DNA of 64,000 bases from Eledone cirrhosa (Eukaryota). Positions 28,000 through 41,675 of the stretch are shown in pieces. Position 1 is the first letter of the stretch. Every line of letters begins with the position of its first letter. Where the stretch lies: positions 24,924,001 through 24,988,000 of the forward strand of contig OZ024748.1 in the NCBI GenBank assembly GCA_964016885.1. The letters are read 5' to 3'. A program made the position numbers and the translations under genes. The notes beneath the pieces are model-generated. The model saw only the letters and a program-made list of their open reading frames with translations. It was not told the origin of the DNA and did no database searches.

Positions 28000-29450
28000 C
28001 ACCTGTTATGTGGACCATGTGATCATTTTATTTTACTTGTTTCGATACTTTTTATGACAGGATTTCCCTTTAATAATTATCGTTTCCTGTTCACCGATGC
28101 TTTGTGAGTGGAACCCGATACAAGGAACTTTCAAAGGCCCCTCTAGAGTATGTGCTCCATAATAGGCTTGAACAAATATGTATTAAAGTAGTTATGATCG
28201 ACTAAAATCATTTTAATACATCATCTTCAATAACTGTTCTCTCCATAAAAGTCACTTTGTTGTCGTCTATTCAATGGCTTACAGTAATCGACCCAATGTT
28301 GGCGACTCTCAACAGACAGGTCCATTCCCTACAGACAGGTCCATTCCCTACAGACAGGTCCATTCCCTACAGACAGGTCCATTCTCTACAGACAGGTCCA
28401 TTCTCTAAAGATAGGTCCATTCTCAACAGACAGGTCCATTCCCTACAGACAGGTCCATTCCCTACAGACAGGTCCATTCTCTACAGACAGGTCCATTCTC
28501 TAAAGATAGGTCCATTCTCTACAGACAGGTCCATTCTCTACAGACAGGTTCATTCTCTACAGACAGGTCCATTCTCAACAGACAGGTCCATTCCCTACAG
28601 ACAGGTCCATTCTCTACAGACAGGTCCATTCTCTAAAGATAGGTCCATTCTCTACAGACAGGTCCATTCTCTACAGACAGGTTCATTCTCTACAGACAGG
28701 TCCATTCTCTACAGACAGGTCCATTCTCAACAGACAGGTCCATTCTCTACAGACAGGTCCATTCTCTACAGACAGGTCCATTCTCAACAGACAGGTCCAT
28801 TCCCTACAGACAGGTCCATTCTCTACAGACAGGTCCATTCTCTAAAGATAGGTCCATTCTCTACAGACAGGTCCATTCTCTACAGACAGGTTCATTCTCT
28901 ACAGACAGGTCCATTCTCAACAGACAGGTCCATTCCCTACAGACAGGTCCATTCCCTACAGACAGGTCCATTCTCTACAGACAGGTCCATTCTCTACAGA
29001 CAGGTCCATTCTCTACAGACAGGTTCATTCTCTACAGACAGGTCCATTCTCAACAGACAGGTCCATTCTCTACAGACAGGTCCATTCTCTACAGACAGGT
29101 CCATTCTCAACAGACAGGTCCATTCCCTACAGACAGGTCCATTCCCTACAGACAGGTCCATTCTCTAAAGATAGGTCCATTCTCTTCAGATAGGACCCAT
29201 TTCCCAACCTTTAAATCTTTGCCTAGTCCTTTTAATTCATATAACATAGTTGTATATCTACCATGAAAGTGCCTACTGAGTTCCCTAGCTACAATGGCAG
29301 GGTTAGCTTACCCTTATTTATGAAATAAGAAAATCACCTCCTACACGTTCTTTCACACACGGAATAAATGTCATAAATTTTCTGGACGGATTTCCTTGTG
29401 TTTGCGTTGAAGCCTCTCTAAAGACTGTTGAACGTGTGGGCTGTCTTTTG
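28000..29450 (-). pseudogene. Relic B: decayed bunyavirus-N-like ORF split by a 19-bp array
   Basis: NPAIVAREL (29304-29278), YTTMLYELKGLGKDL (from 29256), [array], TCLLRVANIGSITV (28321-28280), EDDVLK*F*SIITTL (about 28228-28184). Boundaries are approximate. Confidence 0.65.
28307..29200. repeat. 19-bp minisatellite, about 46 copies
   Basis: Unit acagacaggtccattc(t/c)ct with period 19. Confidence 0.96.
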
Positions 29451-30214
29451 TTATCATCTTTTTCATTTTTTAGTTGGATTAAACAGTTTTCATGAATAAT
29501 GCTCTTATAATCTGAAAGGAAAAGAAATATATTATTTATGATAGCATGACTAAATATTAACTAGACACAGAACTTTGATAAATCTTGTTTAACATGTACA
29601 CTCACACACACACACATACACATACACATACATACGCATACACATACATACGCATACACAGACATACGCACACACACACACACCAGATTAAGACACACAC
29701 ATACACACCAGAAAGACACACACACACATACGCATACATATACATGCGCATGCACAGACATACGCATACACACACACCAGACACAGACATACACATACAC
29801 CAGACAGGCACACACACACATACGCATACACACACACCAGACACAGACACAGACACACACATACACACACACACACACCAGACACAGACACACACACATA
29901 TACACATACATACGCACGCATACTCGCACACGTTTTTTATGTACACAGTACATACACATATGATGAGTACTACCTGTTAATAAGATTATGAATCCTGGGC
30001 CTATGTTTCTCATCTCCCCAAACACATAAACACACACACACACACACGTGACGCATGCGTGGGAGTGTGTAGTTTTATTTGGTCAACCGGAACCGGAACC
30101 ATCTAAAACTGAAAATTTAATCAAACTAAAGCAAATTTGGAATTTATCTCGGATATTTTCGTTCCAACTTGCGGAATTAGATTATTTTGAATTTAGCCAG
30201 GTTTTGAGTCGTTA

Positions 30215-30270
<56 letters not shown>

Positions 30271-30326
30271 ACACACACACAAACACACACACACCCCCAC
30301 ACACACACAAACACACACACACAAAC

Positions 30327-30376
<50 letters not shown>

Positions 30377-30394
30377 ACAAACACACACATACAC

Positions 30395-30526
<132 letters not shown>

Positions 30527-30543
30527 ACACACACAAACACACA

Positions 30544-30593
<50 letters not shown>

Positions 30594-30597
30594 AACA

Positions 30598-30641
<44 letters not shown>

Positions 30642-30868
30642 TATCGACAAGATCCCACAACTCATTCATTTACCGAGTGGGGTGGAACTCGTCTAATCAG
30701 ACCTAGGAAAGAATGTTCTATTGGTTTTTGCCGCCATTACTGATACTATCTACCGCTCACTATCTACTCCTAGCAGAAGGAGAAACGTCAAATAAAGTAT
30801 CTTGCTCAAGGATATAACGTTCTGGGAATCGAACTCGAAAGAATAAAATAACCGAGATTAAATTACAT

Positions 30869-30903
<35 letters not shown>

Positions 30904-31034
30904 TGGTGGGCCTATGTTTCTCAACTCACCAAACAAATAAACAAACACACACGTGACGCGTACGTGAGGGTGTGTAATTTTATTTGGTTAACCGGAATAT
31001 ATGTATACGTATATATATGTAATCGTATATATAC

Positions 31035-31090
<56 letters not shown>

Positions 31091-31220
31091 GGGATAACAG
31101 GTCGATTGACGCAAAATCAGGCGAGTAGCGAACTCTAGACCTACCAGATCAAAGAAACAATTGTCAGCAATGTGAATAAAGCCCTTATTGTATAGCAAAG
31201 CATGTCACTCTGCTTTCTTG

Positions 31221-31344
<124 letters not shown>

Positions 31345-31394
31345 AAATAAAGTTAAATAAAAAGTCAAATGTTTAAAATTTAGCTTCGTTTATT

Positions 31395-31449
31395 ACTGCT
31401 ATATATATTTCAGTGACAGCCATCTTTGGCTGTGACCTCTTCAGGCAGT
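31395..31449 (-). ncRNA. Type I hammerhead, intact core
   Basis: actgc-CTGAAGA-ggtcacagcca aaga tggctgtcact-GAAA-tatata-TA-gcagt, then aataaa and (TA)n. Confidence 0.85.
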
Positions 31450-31560
31450 CCGAATTAGTGTGGTATAGACAAGTACATATGTTGTTGAGGTGGTGTATAA
31501 TTTTGTCAATACTCTGATATGCCCAGTTCCTGGTTGGGTTGTTATTTCACTGAGGAACTG

Positions 31561-31595
<35 letters not shown>

Positions 31596-31633
31596 ATTTA
31601 ACCTTGGTTTTATTCTTTTATCAAATCAAAACA

Positions 31634-31706
31634 CCTATCTGACGAGTCACGCAATGAACAAGAAGCTATTAAGCTATTCATCGCATCAGAAATGCAGCAT
31701 AATAGG
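31634..31706 (+). ncRNA. Type I hammerhead, base of stem II degenerate
   Basis: cctat-CTGACGA (31639)...GAAA (31689)-tgcagca-TA-atagg. Confidence 0.7.
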
Positions 31707-31727
31707 AAAAATGGAAGTTTCTTCTTC

Positions 31728-31767
<40 letters not shown>

Positions 31768-32021
31768 TATTATATTATATTATTTATGTCTATACATGGA
31801 ACAAAAGCTCTACATACGGTTTCCAAGCCCAATATTGAATGTAAGAGAGATCAACATTGTGACCTAATGTTCGGCTGCTTATACGAGTTTATAAGCAAAT
31901 ATATATATATATATATATTTCCTCTGTGTGTGTGTGTAAAAAGTAAACAGAAATAACAAAGGAAATGACACAGTACATTGAAGAAATATATTAGTTTAAC
32001 GCTTGAAATAGCAGGAAGAGA

Positions 32022-32058
32022 GTCGTTACGTTTCGGACATTGGTCCTTCATCAGAAGA
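32022..32058 (-). ncRNA. Minimal, degenerate hammerhead-like motif
   Basis: CTGATGA-a-ggac caat gtcc-GAAA-cg-TA; stem I is imperfect. Confidence 0.5.
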
Positions 32059-32127
32059 TAGAGTTAGAAACAGAAGATAAATAGAAAGAAAAGAGTGAAA
32101 ATAGGAAGGAACGGAGAAATATATATA

Positions 32128-32160
<33 letters not shown>

Positions 32161-32288
32161 GGGGGGGGGGGACAGACAGCGCGAGAGAATTATCCGCACG
32201 CAAATATGGATACACGCACGCAATTCGGGTTTTCAAACATATCTATCTGTCTATTCATACATACACGCGCGCGCGCGCGTGCATATAC

Positions 32289-32377
<89 letters not shown>

Positions 32378-32379
<2 letters not shown>

Positions 32380-32570
32380 AGATGGCTGCAAACTCTGCCA
32401 ATCGCTTGTCAGATTCAGATGTGTGACGCTCAGATATGGCTTTTCAAGCCTGCTAGAGACTTGCACTCCTTCACAAACTGACGACAACTATGGATCTCCC
32501 TGGCTTGAGGTCCTGCATCAGGTTGCTCGCCAACCCTCACAACACCGTGGAGATCATAGTTCACTGGTTC
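32378..32570 (-). mobile_element. Old RTE-type 3' end
   Basis: Translates to CRQFVKECKSLAGLKSHI*ASH, matching the C2H2 end of the 610-bp family. Confidence 0.6.
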
Positions 32571-33314
32571 TCTTTGAACATATATATGTGTGTAAAAAGA
32601 TACACAGACAGAAAAATGATATTAGATATCATCAACATCATCATATCATCACACCAATATTACTCATTGTTGGCAAGAAAATAGTAAAAAAAAAGGAAAA
32701 TGTCCCGCTACCTTATATGGAGTCCATCAATGTTATATCTGTAATTGATAATTAAACACTGTTAATGACATCATATATTTATTGTAGTTGTGCAAATGAG
32801 ATATTTATGTTATTTTATTTAATTTCAGACCAAATTAATAACTATGTTTATTTTGAAAATTAGTAAAATTATTATTCATTTCATTATTTTGTATATGCCT
32901 CGTGAAATTTGAGAAAAATAAAATTATAATTGTAACACTACCTGATGTTATCCACATTGACAAATCAAATGCATGCAAGATTTCACCGCACTAGCATCAC
33001 TCCTTCATAGTCAGCCTATGAATGTTTCAGCCGACCCTCGTTTATATATATACATATATATCTCACTAGGAATGCTTTTTGTGAAAATCAGTCATATGGA
33101 ACTATTGTCATCTTGCCTGACGGTTTGAACTTTATAACACCACCTGCCTCTTTGAGGTCAAACACCAACCCTACTAACATCTACAAACTGACCAATGAGA
33201 ATTAAGACTATTCCTGCTGACAACATTAAATTATTCCTAACAAGCTCATATGTCCCAAGGCTCTGATACCATCAACACTATAAACACAGAGCTGGCATAT
33301 CTAAGAACTGACTA

Positions 33315-33370
33315 ACTGCCTGATGAGGTCATAGCCATTCAATGGCTATCATCTAAATATATATAGCAGT
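33315..33370 (+). ncRNA. Hammerhead paralog of 31395-31449 with GAAA mutated to TAAA
   Basis: actgc-CTGATGA-ggtcatagccattcaatggctatcatc-TAAA-tatata-TA-gcagt-aaataaa. Confidence 0.7.
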
Positions 33371-34023
33371 AAATAAAGGATTATGAGTTCAGGCAATTGA
33401 CTTATGTTTCGTCACTATATATATATATATATATATATAACAAGTTTGAAGAATAGACAGATAAAATTTACCTAACTTTTCTCCTTAGACCAGAGAAATT
33501 AACTAAATAAATAATCAATTAAAAAATGGAGCTAAATATGAAGAAAAAAATAGATACATACATACCGATATTCTTCCAGCCCTGACTGCCGGCAGTTTCG
33601 CTTGTGTTCTGTGGAAAATGTGCAAGATCGTTGCACTTGCACCTTATCCATGAGGCGTCAAGCCTATCAAGAGACACCCTCAGTTATATATACTAGGGAT
33701 AATATTAGGAACGTTATATGAAAGTACTTTTATTTGCTATAAATTACACATATGGGCCTATTGGTGGTGGTGGGTCTTTAGTCCCAGGTTAACTCTGATC
33801 GATCAGACCTATGATCAAAGACATTCAATCTGTGACCATTATGTCTATTTAAATGTATCTATGAAATCCTTTTTAAGAATATGAGTTGAAGGAGATTTAG
33901 CTGCAATTTCTAGCATGTCAAACGACCAGACAAAAGCTCTCCCGTATTCTCCCGTAAACATAGTTTGTATACTCTGGTTATACGTTCTGTTTACAGGTGT
34001 CTGTGAACGTTCTTCCAATGAAG

Positions 34024-34330
34024 ATGGCGTCATCAAGTTGTAAGAAACGAAAATAGCAAGATGAAGGCAAACATTCTAAGCTAGATTGGAAGAAATATTT
34101 TGTATTCACCATTAAAGAATGTAAACATTTGTGTCTTATCTACCATGCATCACTCAATTATTACAAAGCCAGTAACTTGAAACACAACAAACATGAAGCA
34201 GATCAGAAACTTTTTATATGATTATCCACTAAATATAATTACAGGAAAACACAAGTTAATAGCGAATAGACATTGTTGACAACGTTCGGTAAGGAAGCTG
34301 ATACAACCAAGCTACTCAAAGAACATTGCT
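34024..34330 (+). mobile_element. hAT (Charlie/SPIN-like) transposase N-terminal relic
   Basis: MASSSCKKRK*QDEGKHSKLDWKKYFVFTIKECKHLCLIYHASLNYYKASNLKH resembles the BED-finger start of this group. Confidence 0.7.
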
Positions 34331-34929
34331 CTTAATATATTCCCACATTCTGACAGGAAAATTGCTAAGTAAATAGCCAAGAGACATTGATGACAACGTT
34401 TAGTAAGGAAGCCGATACAACGGCTGAAGCCATTATATCGTAATATACGCCCACATTTTGGCGGCGAATTTGCTACAAGAAAAATATCTGAAGTCATTGG
34501 ATTGTTAGATTAATAGCAGAAACTTCAGATTCACGCTACACTACAAAATTGTATATCTCCCAGATCAGTACTAATGTTGAAGTGGGCAAAACATGGCCGA
34601 ATGTTTATGAATTATTTCACTTTCACAATCATTAGATCTCGAGTTCGATCCCACAGTGAGTCATATCTTGGACAAGTGTCATTTACCACAACCATGCTTG
34701 ACTCCCCCCCCCCCCTATCTTGTGAGTGAAATTGAGTTGATGGAAGCTGTTTGGGAAAATTATTCAAAGGCACAGCCTTGTCACGCACTGTATCACGCTG
34801 AATATCCTTGAGTATTACGTTAGGAGTACACGTGTCTATGGAATGATCAACTACTTAGAGGTTAATTTCATTAGTATGCTGTTACGTTGACCGAACAACT
34901 GGAACGCTCATCACCGAGACGGACGGAGG

Positions 34930-36070
34930 TCCATCCCGCTGATGCTGCAGTTAAAATGTGAAATTCCCTTACATCAATCGTCCTGGTTGTTGACAAATTT
35001 GCTGTGAAAGAAGCCATGTTGGACCTAAATACATTAATAGAAACAACTCATAGTGTTGGCATAAAAAATGTGTTTGATAAAGGCGTGACAAAATACTGGT
35101 ATTCCACTGAATAAACTGACCATAGTTGCGACAGGTGAATCCCTTCATTGGTGGAGAAATGCAGGATTGAAATACAAAGCTATCTTTCCAGAATTTCTCC
35201 CCGTTTATTGTATTAATCATCGTTAGAGGCGGTGGACTTGCAGAACTGTAGAGTATCGGCTGAAACACATTGCAGTATTTCATTAAGGCTCTTTATATTC
35301 CAGTTTCAAATCCCGCCGAGTACAAATCCATGAGCTTGGCTTGTCACGTTTGAGGATCCAGCCGGATCAGTTGGAGACGGTTGCTTCTAACAGGACCCAC
35401 TGGAGGGAGTGTTTGAGGTCTCTGCCCCTACGACCCTCTCAGGAATAAGTGGGAGAAGAAGAAGAAGAAGAAGAAGAAGAAGAAGAAGAAGAAGAAGAAG
35501 AAGAAGAAGAAGAAGAAGAAGAAGAAGAAGAAGAAGAAGAAGAAACGTACTGGAGTTGATTTAATCAACTTTGCCCCTTCGCCACAAAATCGACTTTACC
35601 CTCCCCCTAATTGTTGGCATTATCCCTAAATCAGAAACCATTATTACTCTGTAATAAAAAAGGGCGGTGAATTGGCAGTATCGGTAGAGTGTCAGACAGT
35701 GTCGGAGTTAACTTTGCCTTGCATCCTTACAGGGTCGATAAAATAAAGTACCAGTAATGCACTGGAATAATTGCTGGCCTTGTGTCAAAATTAGACACAA
35801 TTATTACTCTGTAAGTTGAAGCTTCGTTCAGTTGTTATCAATTCAACTCCCAGTAGAGTGAAGTCTTGACAACATATAGCTGCCATCTTGAAGATCTACA
35901 AAACCTCTACTAGCAATGAATAAGTTACTTTAACAGTCTGATACATTTATTATGGTCTGTTTGTCACAAAAATATTATAAGATGTTTCAAGATATTTATT
36001 TTGTAAGGTGTTAGTGGCACCTGATTAATATTTCTCTAATTTCATTGGTTAGCATGGTGAACATATTTTC
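34930..36070 (-). pseudogene. Relic G: weak bunyavirus-N-like relic interrupted by SINE/RTE insertions (about 35215-35810)
   Basis: MYQTVKV...CQDFTLLGVEL on one side and STNEGIHLSQLWSVYS on the other; fits the family motifs only loosely. Confidence 0.35.
35330..35545 (+). mobile_element. RTE (Expander/Rex3-like) 3' end with (GAA)n tail; second, longer copy at 38088-38345
   Basis: The longer copy reads RMSQERIVGQIL...WSRLGIQPDQLETVSSDRIRWKECLSSLPPR; both copies end in gaagaagaa. Confidence 0.8.
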
Positions 36071-36116
36071 TTTCATGTTTTAACTAGATATTTATTAAGA
36101 CAAATAAATATAGTTA

Positions 36117-36171
<55 letters not shown>

Positions 36172-37414
36172 AATCCCCCCATCCTCCTTTTAACTAGAAA
36201 TTTATTAAGATATACACATATATATATATATATATCCTCCCACCCATCTTTTAACCAGAAATTTATTAAGATAGATAAATAATTGTTTCTAATAAGACTA
36301 TATATCACTCGCACCCAGCCACCACACCTTTTTAACTATATATTTATTAAGATAGATAAATATAGTAAAAATATATATCAATTTTCCCCCTTTACTTTTA
36401 TTTTTGACAGACTAATTTTATGTTACTGCAATGCAAATTTGCATATTTTTCTTAGATGTTCTCGTAATACATTACCGTATTAAATGTGCTGAATATATTT
36501 GTTTTAATCACCAAGCAAAACTATGAAAACATTTGGCAGATATATTTATACTTAGTCTTTAAAGAATCTAATATAAATTAGTAGTTTAAACAAATACATA
36601 CATAAATGAATATAACCCCAAACATAGATTTCATAATATTTATATAAAATATTTCTCTCAAAGTATGCTGTTAAGATCGGTTTCTTATTTAGGTACAAGG
36701 CCAGGAAATTTAAGGTGAGGGGAAAATCGGTTAAATCGACCCTAGTACTTTACCTTTTATCCTTTCTGGGTTGATAAGATAGTTAACCTCGGTGGAATTT
36801 GAAACTAGAAAGTAGAGAACTAGAAACAAATACCGGGTGAGGTGAGACGGTCATCTTATCCGGCGCTCCACCGATTCTGCTAACCTACCATTGTATGTCT
36901 ATAACAATGTCTATAACAATGTAATCATGTCTTACAACTCTCAAACAACTGAAGATTATCGTGTGTGGTTCTTACACAGTTGACTGAATGATCAACGTCT
37001 TAACTGACGGAGGTCCTATAATGTTATTATTTTCACTAATTTTGTATATATCTAATTTCTTTTTTCTTTTCCCTATCATTTTCCTCTTTTCCCCTTTATC
37101 CCTCCCCCTCTCTCTATCTCTCCTTATTTTCTTTCATTTACGTTTTTCTCCCCTTCTCTGTACCCTCTCTCTCTCTCCTTCTCTCTCCTCATCTCCCACT
37201 CACTCTCCTCCTCTCTCTTTATCTATCTATCTCTTCTTATTTTCTTTAACTTACATTTTCTCCCTCCGTCCCCTCTCTCTCCTCCTCACTCAGTTTCCAT
37301 TTCTAGCTTCCTCCACTCCTTATCTTTTCAATCTTCTTCTCTCCTTCCCAGCTTTCTCATCAGTCTCATCCTCTTGTTGTCAGCATCCTTCTTCTCTTCT
37401 TACCGCTAACAACT

Positions 37415-37511
<97 letters not shown>

Positions 37512-38521
37512 GTGTGTCTAACAACTGGTGTGTGTGTATGTGTGTGTGTGTGTTTGTAACACTTCAAATCAATTCAAGATCAAATTACATGTTCAATATC
37601 CTCCTATCCTATTTATGTTAAAAGAACTGAGATCGCTAAATAAGCTAAACTTTTCTTGTACCCATCACTTAGCCGCCATTGCTTGTCCAGTATTTTGTTT
37701 TAAACCTGTAACTCCTGGTGGTGTCGTAGGGGAGGCGTAGTGACATACTGTGTGTTTTGGCATCCTTTTAAACTTGCGGAGACTATCCCCTCTCCATGTA
37801 TGAAGACAGGTGATTTCTTCCAGAGAACGAGAGAGAGAGAGAGGAAGAGAAAGAGAGAGAGAGAGTTAGGGAGAGAGAGTGAGAGAGAGAGAAAGAAAGG
37901 GATATATATATATAGAGAGAGATAGAGATAGATAGATAGAGAGAGAGAGTGAGAGAGTGAGAGAGAGTGAGAGAGAGAGAGAGAGAGAAACAGAGAGACA
38001 GAGAGAGAGAGAGTAATAATGAGGAATTGAGAAAGAAATATAGAGGAAAGAATCGATCCTAGTACTGGACTGTTACTTATCGACCTCCGATACTTTGGGT
38101 GTGTAGTTAGAATGTCTCAGGAAAGAATCGTTGGACAGATTTTACTGACAAAACCAAGTAGCATGAGACCCAGGGTAGACCCTGAGCAGGATGGTTGGAT
38201 AACATCCCTGAGCTTGGCTGGTCACGCTTGGGAATCCAGCCGGATCAGTTGGAAACGGTTTCTTCTGACAGGATCCGCTGGAAGGAATGTTTGAGTTCTC
38301 TGCCCCCACGATCCTCTCAGGATTAAGTGGACGAAGAAGAAGAAAAGCAAAGTTGCCCTCGGCAGGATTCGAACTCAGGATTCGAACGAATTTTTCTATC
38401 CGACGTTTTGGTGAGTCTCCCAATTCACCTCCTCTCCAGTATTGTAGTGTAGACCAGCAGTGGACCACCTACGATATGGCTCATCATAGGTAGACCACAT
38501 AGGATGTGTTTTATCATAAGG

Positions 38522-38630
38522 TGGGGGCCGCACAACTAAAAAATTCCAGGCAATTTTGAAGTTAGGTATGCCATTCAGAAAGCCAAACGGGCTGCATACG
38601 GCTCGTGGGCCGCAATTTGCCCATGACTAG
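38522..38630 (+). mobile_element. hAT-Charlie-like terminal fragment
   Basis: cgggctgcatacggctcgtgggccgcaatttgcccatgacta resembles Charlie subterminal/TIR sequence. Confidence 0.55.
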
Positions 38631-39098
38631 TATAGGCATACATTTTTGGTGATATATTCCAGATTGTGGGTTCTATAAGTCACATTAATAGTTAATATGG
38701 CAACGTATTTATCTAAAAATGAAGTTATGGTTTAGAGGTTTGTGGGTTGGGCTCGATTCCCCGACTGAGCGACACTCTCTATCCTTGAGCAAGACACTTT
38801 ACTTGCTCTAGTCCACTCAGCTAGCAAAAATGGGTTGTGCGTGTAACACAAGAAGCCAGAGCCAGCCTTATCACACACTGTGTCACGTTCAGTCTCACCG
38901 AGAATTACGTTAAGAGTGTCTGTGTCTGTGGAATACTCAGCCACATTTCACAAATGAAGCAATCATAGTCCTATAGTCATTTCCATCTACATGTATGCGC
39001 GACCTTAGGTTTCGGGGTTCAGATATGACCATCACACTATAGGAAAAGGTATGACCCCGACGGCAGAGCTCAAGCCATTTTGAAGGCTATTTCTGGAC

Positions 39099-39187
<89 letters not shown>

Positions 39188-39652
39188 GTACAAGAATAAA
39201 GAATATGTGTGTGTCTGTGTGTGTGTGTGCCTGTGTGTCTATGTGTGTGTGTGTGTATGTGTGTGCCTGTGTGTGTGTGTGTGCCGGTGTGTGTGTGTGT
39301 GTGTGTAATAAGCAGATCAGTCAAAAGACGATATATAGAAGCCTCGCCGAAGACATTCACACATTTTATTACAAACGTTAAGTAGAAAATTAATATTCTA
39401 CTCTAAAGAAGTACAGATGATATCAGTGCCAGAGTATTAAATCACTGCACATATATTATGCAGATAAGTTTCCTTTATTGAAATTTACTGTTGACTCACA
39501 CGTAAGCATACAGACACGCACACACACATATATATACATACATACATACACACATAGATACACACATACATACATACACAATTTAGGAAAACACTTATAC
39601 TTACGTAATACATACATACACGTACACACACATATACATACAAACATACATA

Positions 39653-40350
39653 CCGACAATAAACACATTAAAGGCTACAGCAATGTGGAAGATATACACA
39701 TACATAATATGAAAGAGTACTGGCGGAATGTTCCAGTAAAAACCCCAATAAAATGCAGGCATAACAGACCAGATATAATGATATGGGACAGGGAGAAGGC
39801 AGGCTCAGTAGTGAAAGTTAGCTGCTCAGCAGATGCCAATATAATATCAAAGATTAGCGAAAAGGAGAATATTTATGCAGAACTGATGAGAAATCTGCAG
39901 ATACTCCACCCTGATTATACCTTTAGATTTATACCTGTGGTTATTGGGGCACTGGGATATGTTAGTAACTGCCTCAATACAAATCTTGAGAAGCTGAGCT
40001 TCACAGAAACAGAAAGAACACAACTAGTTAGGAAACTACAAGTACAATCCATTAATGGAACAGTAAAAATATGTAAAACATTCCAAAAATTCTGCATCTA
40101 ATAACTGTATATACACATGTACAGATACAAAGCATATACACATGCACACATACAACTCAAAACATACACATCCACACATACATTAATAGCCATACCTGCA
40201 CACACATGAATGCATGCAGACAACATACATATCTACCTAGTCGATGTTGTTCAAATTCCAATGAGAGAGTCTTGTGTCTATATTAGAAACCAACTCTCTC
40301 TCTCTATTGGGAAAAAAAAAATTATAAGATTATAAAACCAGAAGAACCTG
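39653..40350 (+). mobile_element. R4/Dong-like non-LTR family A, 5'-truncated
   Basis: ORF 39478-40101 C-terminus HNRPDIMIWD...VSCSADANI..K..EK..Y..L...IPVVIGALG is a restriction-like (PD-D/ExK) endonuclease. Confidence 0.9.
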
Positions 40351-40353
40351 CAT

Positions 40354-40412
<59 letters not shown>

Positions 40413-40771
40413 GTATAAAATTGAAAAACGTTAAAAACTCACATTAATCCCTATAATTTAATGAGCTCAAGGCATAGATTCCGGGCTCTTTATAAATCAA
40501 CATATAGAGAGAACAATAGAGATATGTGTTCAATAATTATATATATAAAGGATTCGAAGTTAGAAAGCCACGGCGATGGAGTTTTGGACGGAGAAAAATT
40601 AAAACGTAAGAAACAGGGCTTGTTTTTTTACCTTAATTTATTCATGACCTCATATTTCGAGATTAATATCTCTTCTTCCAAAGAAAATAAAGGGACTATT
40701 CCAGTGTCCGATGTCGCTTACTATACTATGTTGGCCGTATAAAATGTTTCAAGTAAAACTACAAATTCCTT

Positions 40772-40901
<130 letters not shown>

Positions 40902-41416
40902 CCTCATTCTCACCAAGTATGAAGCTAATAATACAATTTACTATTCATTCCTGCATTTGTTTGTTTGTCATTTTGAACTATATATATATATATATATTAT
41001 TATAAATCATGTCTACAGAATTATTAGATAAACAAAATATATACTCCATTTCCTCTGCCAAACAGCACAATCAGCCATATAAAAAATCAATTATACTAAG
41101 CCATAAGGATAAAAGCTCCTATGAAGAAATCTCCGACAAATAAACGAGAGTGGCTTCTTCGTGGTATCCACAGCAGGTTATTTATCCAACATTTCGACAG
41201 CATGCATAAATCGACCAAGTACACAATTAACCATATGCAATTCGGTGTAAAATCAAACATAGAAGAACTGTGTACATACCGTAACTATATCCCAATCTCT
41301 AATAATTCTGTAGACATGATTTATAATAATATATTGCTCTGAGTATTTAATTTATTAATTCTTCATAGAGCTAAAAAGTGACCGGTTGTAACATATATAA
41401 ATTTATGTATATGTAA

Positions 41417-41507
<91 letters not shown>

Positions 41508-41522
41508 TATGTATATATATAT

Positions 41523-41592
<70 letters not shown>

Positions 41593-41675
41593 TATATTTA
41601 TATATATAAATATATATTTATATATATTTATATATATATATAACGGCGATGAATTAGTTTTGCGAGGTTTTTTAT

